A model generated the notes under the pieces. That model made no database searches. It was given only the letters and a program-made list of their open reading frames with translations, and had not been told where the DNA came from. From NCBI RefSeq assembly GCF_046119375.1, contig NW_027362765.1:122636001-122700000 (forward strand): DNA of 64,000 nt. Direction: 5' to 3'. Every line of letters begins with the position of its first letter. Position 1 is the stretch's first letter. Origin of the DNA: Phyllobates terribilis (taxonomy: Eukaryota). The translations under genes were made by a program, and so were the position numbers. Positions 23,681 through 34,984 of this stretch are shown piece by piece.

Positions 23681-24164
23681 CCATTTTCCCCGTCGCCACC
23701 ATTTTCTCACTGCTGCAGCTGCGTGTTAGACGGCACCGCTGTTGCTGTGTGCGCTATACCTTGTTAATTTCAAGCCAATTTTCGCACAAATATACAGATA
23801 GCTTGGGAGTAGGGAATAGTTGTGATTGCAGTCCTTTTAAGGACTAGGTTACAGCATTTCCTACGACTTTTATTAAGCAGGTCTGTGCTCTTAAATAGAT
23901 AGATTGTGGGAGTAAAAACTAATTGTAATTGGAGTCCTTTTCAGGACTAGGTTACATCAGTTCCTATCAGTTTTTGCCAGGCAGGTCTGTGCCAGTGCTG
24001 TGCAAGTTTTTTCACAGCATTTGGCTGAATCTAGCAAAGCTAATCCTTTTTGGCCTATTGCAGAGTGTGTTAGTCAGTGGAGTAGCCTATCTGTGTTGCA
24101 AGATATACCACCTGTGTATAGAATACCAATTTTTTTACTGCACCTAGTGAAGTAAAATCTTTTG

Positions 24165-27100
24165 GGCATAGCATCATTCTATTAGTCCATCTATACTGAC
24201 CTCCATCAGGTTGCAAACTGAATATAATTTTTTTCTGCATCTAGCTCTGAAAAAATATTTGGGCTTCTAGCAGTGTGTGGGACTTGGTCTATTAGTCCAT
24301 CTATACTGACCTCCATCAGGTTGCAAATTAAAAATAATTTTTTTCTTCATTTAGCTCTGAAAAAATATTTGGGCTTCTAGCAGTGTGTGGGACTTGTTCT
24401 ATTAGTCCTTCTATACTGACCTCCAGCAGGTTGCAAATTGAATATAATTTTTTTCTGCATCTAGCTCTGAAAAAATATTTGGGCTTCTAGCGGTGTGTGG
24501 GACTTGGTCTATTAGTCCATCTATACTGACCTCCATCAGGTTGCAAATTAAAAATAATTTTTTTCTGCATCTAGCTCTGAAAAAATATTTGGGCTTCTAG
24601 CAGTGTGTGGGACTTGGTCTATTAGTCCATCTATACTGACCTCCATCAGGTTGCAAATTAAAAATAATTTTTTTCTTCATTTATCTCTGAAAAAATATTT
24701 GGGCTTCTAGCAGCGTGTGGGACTTGTTCTATTAGTCCATCTATACTGACCTCCATCAGGTTGCAAATTAAAAATAATTTTTTTCTGCATCTAGCTCTGA
24801 AAAAATATTTGGGCTTCTAGCAGTGTGTGGGACTTGGTCTATTAGTCCATCTATACTGACCTCCATCAGGTTGCAAATTAAAAATAATTTTTTTCTTCAT
24901 TTATCTCTGAAAAAATATTTGGGCTTCTAGCAGTGTGTGGGACTTGGTCTATTAGTCCATCTATACTGACCTCCATCAGGTTGCAAATTGAATAAAAAAA
25001 TTTTCTGCATCTAGCTCTGAAAAAATATTTGGGCTTCTAGCGGTGTGTGGGACTTGGTCTATTAGTCCATCTATACTGACCTCCATCAGGTTGCAAATTA
25101 AAAATAATTTTTTTCTGCATCTAGCTCTGAAAAAATATTTGGGCTTCTAGCAGTGTGTGGGACTTGGTCTATTAGTCCATCTATACTGACCTCCATCAGG
25201 TTGCAAATTAAAAATAATTTTTTTCTTCATTTATCTCTGAAAAAATATTTGGGCTTCTAGCAGCGTGTGGGACTTGTTCTATTAGTCCATCTATACTGAC
25301 CTCCATCAGGTTGCAAATTAAAAATAATTTTTTTCTGCATCTAGCTCTGAAAAAATATTTGGGCTTCTAGCAGTGTGTGGGACTTGGTCTATTAGTCCAT
25401 CTATACTGACCTCCATCAGGTTGCAAATTAAAAATAATTTTTTTCTGCATCTAGCTCTGAAAAAATATTTGGGCTTCTAGCAGTGTGTGGGACTTGGTCT
25501 ATTAGTCCATCTATACTGACCTCCATCAGGTTGCAAATTAAAAATAATTTTTTTCTTCATTTATCTCTGAAAAAATATTTGGGCTTCTAGCAGTGTGTGG
25601 GACTTGGTCTATTAGTCCATCTATACTGACCTCCATCAGGTTGCAAATTGAATAAAAAAATTTTCTGCATCTAGCTCTGAAAAAATATTTGGGCTTCTAG
25701 CGGTGTGTGGGACTTGGTCTATTAGTCCATCTATGCTGACCTCCATCAGGTTGCAAATTAAAAATAATTTTTTTCTGCATCTAGCTCTGAAAAAATATTT
25801 GGGCTTCTAGCAGTGTGTGGGACTTGGTCTATTAGTCCATCTATACTGACCTCCATCAGGTTGCAAATTAAAAATAATTTTTTTCTTCATTTATCTCTGA
25901 AAAAATATTTGGGCTTCTAGCAGCGTGTGGGACTTGTTCTATTAGTCCATCTATACTGACCTCCATCAGGTTGCAAATTAAAAATAATTTTTTTCTGCAT
26001 CTAGCTCTGATAAAATATTTGGGCTTCTAGCAGTGTGTGGGACTTGGTCTATTAGTCCATCTATACTGACCTCCATCAGGTTGCAAATTAAAAATAATTT
26101 TTTTCTGCATCTAGCTCTGAAAAAATATTTGGGCTTCTAGCAGTGTGTGGGACTTGGTCTATTAGTCCATCTATACTGACCTCCATCAGGTTGCAAATTA
26201 AAAATAATTTTTTTCTGCATCTAGCTCTGAAAAAATATTTGGGCTTCTAGCAGTGTGTGGGACTTGGTCTATTAGTCCATCTATACTGACCTCCATCAGG
26301 TTGCAAATTGAATAAAAAAAATTTCTGCATCTAGCTCTGAAAAAATATTTGGGCTTCTAGCGGTGTGTGGGACTTGGTCTATTAGTCCATCTATACTGAC
26401 CTCCATCAGGTTGCAAATTAAAAATAATTTTTTTCTGCATCTAGCTCTGAAAAAATATTTGGGCTTCTAGCAGTGTGTGGGACTTGGTCTATTAGTCCAT
26501 CTATACTGACCTCCATCAGGTTGCAAATTAAAAATAATTTTTTTCTTCATTTATCTCTGAAAAAATATTTGGGCTTCTAGCAGCGTGTGGGACTTGTTCT
26601 ATTAGTCCATCCATACTGACCTCCATCAGGTTGCAAATTAAAAATAATTTTTTTCTGCATCTAGCTCTGAAAAAATATTTGGGCTTCTAGCAGTGTGTGG
26701 GACTTGGTCTATTAGTCCATCTATACTGACCTCCATCAGGTTGCAAATTAAAAATAATTTTTTTCTTCATTTAGCTCTGAAAAAATATTTGGGCTTCTAG
26801 CAGTGTGTGGGACTTGTTCTATTAGTCCTTCTATACTGACCTCCAGCAGGTTGCAAATTGAATATAATTTTTTTCTGCATCTAGCTCTGAAAAAATATTT
26901 GGGCTTCTAGCGGTGTGTGGGACTTGGTCTATTAGTCCATCTATACTGACCTCCATCAGGTTGCAAATTAAAAATATTTTTTTTCTGCATCTAGCTCTGA
27001 AAAAATATTTGGGCTTCTAGCAGTGTGTGGGACTTGGTCTATTAGTCCATCTATACTGACCTCCATCAGGTTGCAAATTGAATAAAAAAATTTTCTGCAT

Positions 27101-27213
27101 CTAGCTCTGAAAAAATATTTGGGCTTCTAGCGGTGTGTGGGACTTGGTCTATTAGTCCATCTATACTGACCTCCATCAGGTTGCAAATTAAAAATAATTT
27201 TTTTCTGCATCTA
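24165..27213 (+). repeat. Internal tandem array, 28 x 110 bp, with a 660-bp higher-order period
   Basis: The CTATACTGAC anchor recurs every 110 bp from 24191 to 27161 without indels. The variant unit TTGAATAAAAAAA recurs at 660-bp spacing (units at 24961, 25621, 26281). Confidence 0.97.
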
Positions 27214-27329
27214 ACCCAGCCAATAGTTTTGGCCTAATACCACAGTTTGGCCACTCAGCTCTGCTCGGTTCCCATCCATTGTTTTTTTGTGCAAACAACT
27301 CCAGAGTTGTGAATTAGTTAACCACCAAA

Positions 27330-30300
27330 ATGAGTGGAAAAAGGCCTGCTGCTGGTGGAAAGGGGAATAGGCATGTTGGGAAGGGGAAAAAAGGTTGTGT
27401 CCGTGTGGTAGGTGCAGAAGAAAGACCATGTTCCAGCCAAACTAAAATGTCTACTTCTTTTAGCGGACAATGTGATAAGATCCCTTTCTTACGGCCACGC
27501 CAATCGCTACAAATTCCAGATGAGGCACAAAAACAGCAGGTGCTTCAACGGATATCAAGTGCTCCTTTAAGTGGGCTCTCCTCCACATCAACTTCAACAT
27601 CACAAATACTCCAGTCCTCAAAGGTGTCACCCAAATCGCACTTGCTTCCTCACAGCTCCCAAATCTCCAGCTGCCCATCTGAGTATGAGGTAGAACAGAT
27701 GGTTGAGTCTGCAGAGCTGTTTACTCATACTATAGCCTGGGAATCAGAGGTCGACTCCAGCGCTTCTGTGAATCCAGACGAGGAAATGATCTGCACTGAT
27801 GCCCAGAATCTTTATGAGTCGGATCCAGGACCAGACGCAGAAGGTTCTGACCATAATGTAGACCCTCATTCCCAAACTGTAACTCCTGTTGGTGGAGACA
27901 ATGAGGAAGACGATGATAAGACTCAAATACCTGATTGGAGCGACAACTTTAGTTTTTTGTCAGGGCAGGAACAGGTTGGCTCTGAGGACGACGGGTGTGA
28001 TAACGCACAGGGTGATGATGATGAGGTCGGAGATCCCACTTACTGTCAACCCACAGTCAGCCAAGAGATGAGGTCAGCAGAGGAGGTGGAGGAAGATGCT
28101 AGTGACGACGAGGTCAGATTGCGCCTTCCTGGACAGAGACGTAGTACTGGAAGCACGTCAACAACTGCATCCTCAAACACAACTCTGCCTCTCACCACAA
28201 GTCGTGGTGGCTCTTCAGGTCGCATGGGTGCTAAGCCTTGCATAGCCTGGGCATTTTTTCAGATCGATAAAGATGACCCAACTCGTGTTATCTGTAACAT
28301 TTGTCAGCAAAAGCTAAGTAGAGGCCAAAAAATACATAGTTTGAGTACTTCATGCATGAACCGGCACATGGACATGAAGCATAAGTTGCAGTGGGAAGCT
28401 CAGTGTGCTACAATGCGGCCTAGCCGGCCGGGCCAACCACCGTCTGCCATATCTTGTGCATCCGCGGCCTCTTCATCCTCTGTGACTGGGGGGACAGCAG
28501 TCACACCTGTTTTGGGGCGCAGACCTGCCACCTCTTTACCCGCAACAGCCAGCGTGATTGGCAGGTCATCATTTTCTTTGGAGGTGGTAACACCAGCTGG
28601 TCTTGAGCGCTGTCCGACATCGATAGCACCACCTTTGGATCAAGGCAACCTAACATGTCCGCCTGCATCTTCCTCACAGACCGGCAGTTTGCCGGGGACA
28701 CCCTTATCAACCCCATCTAAGCACAATAGCCAGCCCTCGGTCCCTCAGATGTGGACAAGTAAAAGACCATTTCCTCCTAGCCATGAGAAAGCTAAGAGGT
28801 TGAATTTCACCATCTGCAAGCTCTTGGCTACAGAAATGCTGCCTTTCCGCCTAGTGGACACAGAGGATTTTCGAGACCTTATGTCCGTCGCAGTGCCCCA
28901 GTACCAGATGCCCAGTCGGCACTACTTCTCAAAGAAAGGTGTGCCTGCGCTCCACCAGCATGTCGCACACAACATCACCGCTTCTTTGAGAAACTCTGTG
29001 TGTGACAGGGTGCATTTCACCACAGACACTTGGACGAGTAGGCATGGACAGGGGCGTTACATGTCGCTGACTGGGCACTGGGTAACTATGGTGACAGCAG
29101 GACAAGGGGCTGCTGTCCAAGTCTTGCCGTCCCCACGAGTTGTGCGTCAATCCTCTTTATGTCAAAGTTCCTCCACTGCTTCTGCCTCCTCAACCTCCTC
29201 TCGGTCTTCCACCTGCACCCAAAGCCTGTCTGGTCATGCCACAAGCTTTCTAACTGCGCAGAAGGGATCCTGCACACCTCCTTACTATGCTGGCAGTAGG
29301 GCTCAACGTCATCAGGCGGTTTTTACATTGAAATGTCTGGGAAATGTGAGTCACACAGCTGAGGAGTTGTGGTCAGCTCTGGAGAACCAATTTCATGAAT
29401 GGTTGTCTCCACTGGACCTGAAACCAGGGAAGGCCGTGTGCGACAATGCTGCAAACCTGGGTGCGGCCCTTCGCCGGGGCAATGTCACACACGTGCCTTG
29501 TATGGCTCACGTGTTGAACCTGGTTGTCCAGCAATTTTTAGCCCACTATCCCAGACTAGATGGCCTTCTGCAGAGGGCACGGTCGCTGTGTGCTCACTTC
29601 CGCCGTTCGCATCCCGCAGCTCAGCGACTTACATCTCTACAGAAGTCGTTGGGCCTGCCACTTCACCGGCTAAAATGCGATGTGCCTACCCGGTGGAATT
29701 CAACTCTGCACATGTTGCAGCGACTGTGGCAGCACCGACAAGCCCTGGTGCAATACGTTCTGACGTATAGCCTGGGCCAACGAGATTCAGAGGTGGGGCA
29801 AATCACGCTGGAGGAGTGGTCTCAGATCAGGGACCTATGCACCCTTCTGCACAGTTTTGAAATGGCGACGAAGATGTTTAGTGCTGACGATGCCATTATC
29901 AGCATGACTATTCCGGTGATTTACATGCTGGAGCACATGTTAAACAGAATTCGGAGTCAGGTGGTGGCACAAGAGGAGGTGGAGGAAGTAGAGGAGGAGG
30001 AGTTGTATGCGGAAGGGCTAACATCTGCAAGGTCCAGACGGTCGGCAGCACCAAGGCGGCAGGCATGTGAGGGTGGGGGAGATGATTTTACCAGGGCGCA
30101 TGGTAGCAGCCAAACTAGTGAGGAAGGTGCAGGAGCCCAGGAAGAAGTGGAGGACGAACTGATGGAAGACTCATCAGATGAGGGAGACCTTGATCACATT
30201 TCTGTTGTGCGAGGTTGGGGGGAGAGGACAGAGGAAGGAAGCATGATTGTTACCTCGCCACCAACACAACAGGGACTTGGTGCTCCTGGATGCGCAACAC

Positions 30301-31010
30301 ACATGAGTGCCTTCTTGCTGCACTACCTGCAACATGACCCTCGAATTGTGAGAATTAGAAATAATCCTGACTACTGGGTTGCCACACTGTTAGATCCCCG
30401 GTACAAAAGTAAATTTGCAGAAATTATTCCTGCCATAGAAAGGGATGCACGCATGCAGGAGTATCAGCAGAGACTGTTGCAGAATCTTACATGTGCTTTT
30501 CCACAAAATACCAGTGGTGCACGTAGTGAATCTCACAGTTCCAACTTGCCAACCGTGGGACCGTCAAGTGTTCAGCACTCAAACCGTAACAGAACCACAG
30601 TATCTGCTGGTAACATCAATTTTGCGGAATCATTTCACCACTTTTTTAGCCCATCCTTTGCAAGGCCACAGGAGACAAGAAGTCTGACACATAGTCAACG
30701 CCTAGAGACGATGGTACAGGAGTATCTCCAAGTAAACATTGAAGCCACGACTGTGTCACTGGACCCTTGCTCTTTTTGGGCTTCCAATCTGGATAAATGG
30801 TCGGAGCTAGCCACTTACGCCTTGGAGATCTTGTCATGCCCCGCAGCCAGCGTTCTGTCTGAACGTGTGTTCAGCGCTGCTGGTGGTGTGCTGACAGATA
30901 AGCGCACGCGGCTCTCCACTGATAATGTAGACAGACTCACGTTCATAAAGATGAACAAATCATGGATCCGAAACGACTTTTCTACCCCTGTGTCATCCTG
31001 GGGAGAGTAA
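27330..31010 (+). CDS. Full-length hAT transposase, 1226 aa (BED zinc finger, RNase H-like DDE core, hATC dimerisation domain)
   Basis: Uninterrupted ORF with A at -3 of the ATG. Motifs: basic N-terminus, BED finger CNIC...RHMDMKH, TTDTW (D1), CDNAAN (D2), CMAH, TRWNST, LDPRYK, SERVFS (E). Confidence 0.95.
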   Translation: MSGKRPAAGGKGNRHVGKGKKGCVRVVGAEERPCSSQTKMSTSFSGQCDKIPFLRPRQSLQIPDEAQKQQVLQRISSAPLSGLSSTSTSTSQILQSSKVSPKSHLLPHSSQISSCPSEYEVEQMVESAELFTHTIAWESEVDSSASVNPDEEMICTDAQNLYESDPGPDAEGSDHNVDPHSQTVTPVGGDNEEDDDKTQIPDWSDNFSFLSGQEQVGSEDDGCDNAQGDDDEVGDPTYCQPTVSQEMRSAEEVEEDASDDEVRLRLPGQRRSTGSTSTTASSNTTLPLTTSRGGSSGRMGAKPCIAWAFFQIDKDDPTRVICNICQQKLSRGQKIHSLSTSCMNRHMDMKHKLQWEAQCATMRPSRPGQPPSAISCASAASSSSVTGGTAVTPVLGRRPATSLPATASVIGRSSFSLEVVTPAGLERCPTSIAPPLDQGNLTCPPASSSQTGSLPGTPLSTPSKHNSQPSVPQMWTSKRPFPPSHEKAKRLNFTICKLLATEMLPFRLVDTEDFRDLMSVAVPQYQMPSRHYFSKKGVPALHQHVAHNITASLRNSVCDRVHFTTDTWTSRHGQGRYMSLTGHWVTMVTAGQGAAVQVLPSPRVVRQSSLCQSSSTASASSTSSRSSTCTQSLSGHATSFLTAQKGSCTPPYYAGSRAQRHQAVFTLKCLGNVSHTAEELWSALENQFHEWLSPLDLKPGKAVCDNAANLGAALRRGNVTHVPCMAHVLNLVVQQFLAHYPRLDGLLQRARSLCAHFRRSHPAAQRLTSLQKSLGLPLHRLKCDVPTRWNSTLHMLQRLWQHRQALVQYVLTYSLGQRDSEVGQITLEEWSQIRDLCTLLHSFEMATKMFSADDAIISMTIPVIYMLEHMLNRIRSQVVAQEEVEEVEEEELYAEGLTSARSRRSAAPRRQACEGGGDDFTRAHGSSQTSEEGAGAQEEVEDELMEDSSDEGDLDHISVVRGWGERTEEGSMIVTSPPTQQGLGAPGCATHMSAFLLHYLQHDPRIVRIRNNPDYWVATLLDPRYKSKFAEIIPAIERDARMQEYQQRLLQNLTCAFPQNTSGARSESHSSNLPTVGPSSVQHSNRNRTTVSAGNINFAESFHHFFSPSFARPQETRSLTHSQRLETMVQEYLQVNIEATTVSLDPCSFWASNLDKWSELATYALEILSCPAASVLSERVFSAAGGVLTDKRTRLSTDNVDRLTFIKMNKSWIRNDFSTPVSSWGE

Positions 31011-31334
31011 AAGCTTGATGATTGGTTAAAATCACCCTACCAACCGTTTTAAGCTTTCAAATTACTAATCATGTTTATCTGTATCTTGACTGGAAAATAA
31101 TTTGGGCTTTGTAGCAGTGTGCAGCACTGATCCTATTAGGCCATCTATAATAAGCTTCACCAGATTTAAAATTACAAATAATTTTTAGCTGCATCTAGCC
31201 CGGAAAATAATTTTGGGGCTCCGAGATGCGCAAGACACATAAGTGCCTTCTTGCTGCACTACCTGCAGCATGACCCTCATATTGTCAGAATTCGAAGTAA
31301 TCATGACTACTGGGTTGCCACACTCTTAGATCCC

Positions 31335-32709
31335 CCAAACTTTTCGATCAACCTTTTCATTTTAATAAAGACCAAAAAAATGGTCATTTTTGAAATTATA
31401 AGCATTAGCAGGTTGTTAGAAACTGAAATCAAACAGTTTTCAACTCAAAACTTTATTCTAGGTGATGTTACATTTTCACATAGGACCCCTTGTTCGAAAG
31501 GAGCTTCTGAACTCTCTCGTCCATTGAATTTGTCAGGTTTTGGATGGTTTCTGCTTCAATTGTTTTGCATGAGGACAGAATACCCTCCCAGAGCTGTTGC
31601 TTAGATGTGAACTGCCTCCCGCCATCATAGACACTCCTTTTAATCATGCTCCAAAGGTTCTGAATGGGGTAGAGGTCAGGGGAGCATGGGGGTCACACCA
31701 TAAGTTTGTCCCCTTTTATGCCCATATCAGCCAGAGATGCAGATGTTTTATGTGCAGCATGAGATGGTGCATTATCATGCAGAAAAATGATCTTGCTGTG
31801 AAATACACGGTTCTTCTTCTTGAACCATGGCAGGAAGTGCTGTTTGAGAAAATCCACATACATTATGGAGTTCATCTTTAGCGCCTTCAGGGATCCTAAA
31901 GGGGCCGACAATCTCTCTCCCCATGATTCCAGCCCAAAACATTACTCCACCTCCTCCTTGTTGGCGCTGTAGCCGTGTTTGCGTGGGGTGTCCATCAACC
32001 AGCCATCCTCCACTCCATTCATCTGGACCATCGAGCGCTGCACGGCACTCATCCGTGAACAAAACAGTTTTGAAATCAGTCTTCATGTAATGTTTGGCCC
32101 ACTGGAGCCGTTTCTGCTTGTGTGAAGTGGATAGAGGAGGTCGACAGGATGGCGTATGCACAGCTGCAAACCTCTGAAGGACCCTGCATCTTGTTGTTCA
32201 GGGGACGTTGGAGGCACAAGCAGCTTCAAAAACTTGTCTGCTGCTATGACAAGGCTTTTTTGCCGCTGCTCTTTCAACCTGACGTAATTGCCTGTAGGAA
32301 AGAGTCCTCAATTTGCCCTTATCAGCACGCACACGTGTGTACTGTGAATCAGCTACATACTTCTTGATTGCCAAGACACTTCATCCTGATCATCGCACAA
32401 TGTTGATTGTAGTCATGCCTTGACCTAAACACTCCACAATTTGTTGCTTCTCAGCAGCCGACACATCCTTTTTCTTTCCCATTTTGGCAGAAAATGTAGG
32501 CTGCTTAATAATGTGAGAGAGCCTTCTTAAGTAGTCTTGCCTTTCATTGGACACACCTGCCAAACTAATTAGCACAGGTGTCTGCAATTGCTTACAGTGA
32601 TATAAAGAGCCCTGACACACATCACCATCAATGAGTTTAACTGACAAACAAACAAATTCTTCCCTTATCACTCCTAAACACTTTTTGCATAATAATTTGG
32701 AACGCGGTG
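31335..32709 (-). mobile_element. Tc1 relic inside hAT copy 2
   Basis: Same as 3725-5072 but retains ~27 bp that are deleted in copy 1. TA at 32710-32711. Confidence 0.9.
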
Positions 32710-32780
32710 TACATGTGCTTTTCCACAAAACACCAGTGGTTCACGTAGTGAATCTTACAGTTCTAACTTGCCAACCGTGG

Positions 32781-34600
32781 TCTGTATGGAATTGTTCAAT
32801 AAAGGGCCCAAAATTAAGATAACATAGATGGGAGAGGTCTCTATGAATAGGAATTCCTAAGTATTTGATACCCTGTGAGGGCCAGGCAAAGGGAAAGTTG
32901 GACTGGATGGAATCCTATATGGATTTAGGGAGGGAGACATCGAGGGCCTCAGACTTCGCTGCATTGATTTTAAAATTTTACCATGTAACAAAGTGATCTA
33001 TTTCAGCCATAACAGCAGGGATGGATATATGTGATTGAGTGATATATACTAGGACATCATCAGCAAATAGAGAGCACTTGTACTCGGTGCCTCCCACCTC
33101 AATCCACCTAATATTGGGGTTATGGCGAATTGATGAGAGCAGGTGCTCCCTCACTAGGATGTATAAGAGAGGGGACAGAGGACATCCCTGCCTTGTCCCA
33201 TTGGTGATTGTGAAAGGTGATGAAAATGTTCTGACGCACCCCCTGGGCCTTGGGACACCCGGAGCCGGACCCTTTTTGGTGGATGCTGGTGGTTGTAGTC
33301 TTCGTGGCGGCGATCCGGTTCCGTGGCTCAGGGCGGTCAAACCAGTGGCGGAACTATTTATGTGGTTTTGATGTTTAAATGTCCGACTACGCCACCCGTG
33401 GATTGCGGTCAGAGTGAACCGCCGCTACAGGGCAGACCGCTAAGGCTGCTGTTGTGGGTGCAGCAGAGCGTAGCATAACTCCCCACGGGAGGAGTATAGC
33501 CTCAGGGCAGTGTATGCGGAGGATGGGGGTGATGGTGCAGGGCAGCACCAGTAACGACACGGAGTCAGTGATGCAGCTCAGGGCCTTTACTCACAGTTCT
33601 TATTATCCAGACCACGTCTGCAGGTAACGGCTGCCCACGTCGTACTGTGCTCACCAGGTGAGGGGCTCAGACAACTCCCAGATAACTTTGGAGCGCTTCA
33701 CAGGACCCCCTTTGTGTGTCCTTTGTCTGGCCTTTCTTACCAACACTTCTGTCCGGCTGCCTCGGGCCTCCTCTTGGTAAACTTGGCGCCAGTTTCCCTG
33801 ACCCTATGTGGTGCCTTCCTAGCGGGTGGAGCAAGGGGCTGCGCCACATAAAATGTCAGAGCCTCCGGTTTCTAGCTGAGGGTCGTTTCCTGCCTCCACT
33901 AGTTCGGGGACCGGTCTCCCCCTTTGGCCTGACCCCTCCACGCAGGTGGATTCGGGCGTGCGGTGGCGACTCGCCCGTCCGCACCCCTGGGATCCCTTCA
34001 TTCCTCGTTCCTGGAGCCTTCTCCGCTCCTCTTCCTTCCTTCTCCCTCTTGCAGGCCTGGGCCTCTGTTACTAGGCCCGCCTCCGGAGCAGAGCTCATGC
34101 AGAGCCCCTGCTCCCTGCCACTTCTGCTCAGACTTCTCTGCACTGAACTAAGATGGTGCCCACCTTTTATACTCCCTTCTCAATGCACCCAGGAACTGCT
34201 TCCTCCCTGCTCCTGCACTGCAGGGTTCCCCTTCCTCAGTGTTCCCTCCCCCCACTCCAGCCAGGGACAGGGACTGTCGTGCCCATCTCAGGGGCATATT
34301 GGTCTCCCTGCCCCACGGCAATGTGGTGTAATGCATGCAGGTGTCGGGTCCTGATCCACACTCCATCCTTACTGAGAGTGAGATATCACACCTCTGGGTG
34401 AGGTGCAATACGTCTGTAGCAACCGAGCCCTCGGTGCTACAGTTCCATTTATCTTCAGCCTAGGTGACGTATTGTGATACAGGGCCGTGATTTTGGCTAT
34501 AAAAGGGTCCCCTAGACCCCTACCCCAAGATTTTTAAGAGAATCATATATGGCGTGCCAGGAGACTCTATGGAATGCTTTCTCAGCATCCAACGAGAGTA
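32781..34600 (-). mobile_element. L1 RT fragment inside hAT copy 2, split by a solo LTR
   Basis: ORF 32978-33340 shows TNGTRQGCPLSPLL...SLFADDVL. Duplicate of 5144-6968. Confidence 0.9.
33232..34441 (-). mobile_element. Solo LTR inside the L1 fragment of hAT copy 2
   Basis: TG...CA termini with TSD GTTC (33228-33231, 34442-34445). Confidence 0.88.
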
Positions 34601-34704
34601 TCTACTTACAAATTTTTAACTGCATCTAGCCCAGGAAATACTTTGTGCCTAGTAGCAGTGTCTGCTAGTCAGCGGATTATCCCGGCTGTTAAGCAAGCTA
34701 CACC

Positions 34705-34984
34705 ACCTGTAGTTTGGACACTTAATTTTTTCAAAGGAAATGCTTCGGGACCACGGGATACTCAATGAAGAGCATCAGGAGGCACCCCAAGGCATAGGGG
34801 CTGGGACTGGCACTAGGATGCCTTGCGGTGGACAGCCGAGCTCGATCCTTATAAAAGCTTTTTAACTGCAGCAGCTTTAGTGGACGCTACTGGAGCTGGA
34901 ATTACGCGGCTGCTGGCATGAGACTTGCCCTCCAATAGATCCTTGTAAATGGATTTAAAGTGTATTCATTCAAATTAGAGGGAC
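34705..34984 (-). pseudogene. 18S rRNA fragment inside hAT copy 2
   Basis: Duplicate of 7071-7351, with a 1-nt deletion in the universal core (GGAATTACGCGG versus GGAATTACCGCGG). Confidence 0.9.

Noticed and set aside
24165-27213. CRISPR-like array next to a nuclease gene
   Set aside because: The units are contiguous near-identical 110-mers with no unique spacers. The neighbouring ORF is a hAT transposase and the DNA is eukaryotic.
24191-27213. Each 110-bp unit as a mini-exon (TTTTCTGCATCTAG acceptor and CAG/GTTGCA donor)
   Set aside because: The implied intron of under 40 nt is too short for typical vertebrate splicing and the donor is weak; there is no transcript evidence.
27330-31010. 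Domesticated ZBED-type host gene
   Set aside because: It lies within intact TIRs with a TSD and has a second near-identical mobile copy, which fits an element rather than a fixed host gene.
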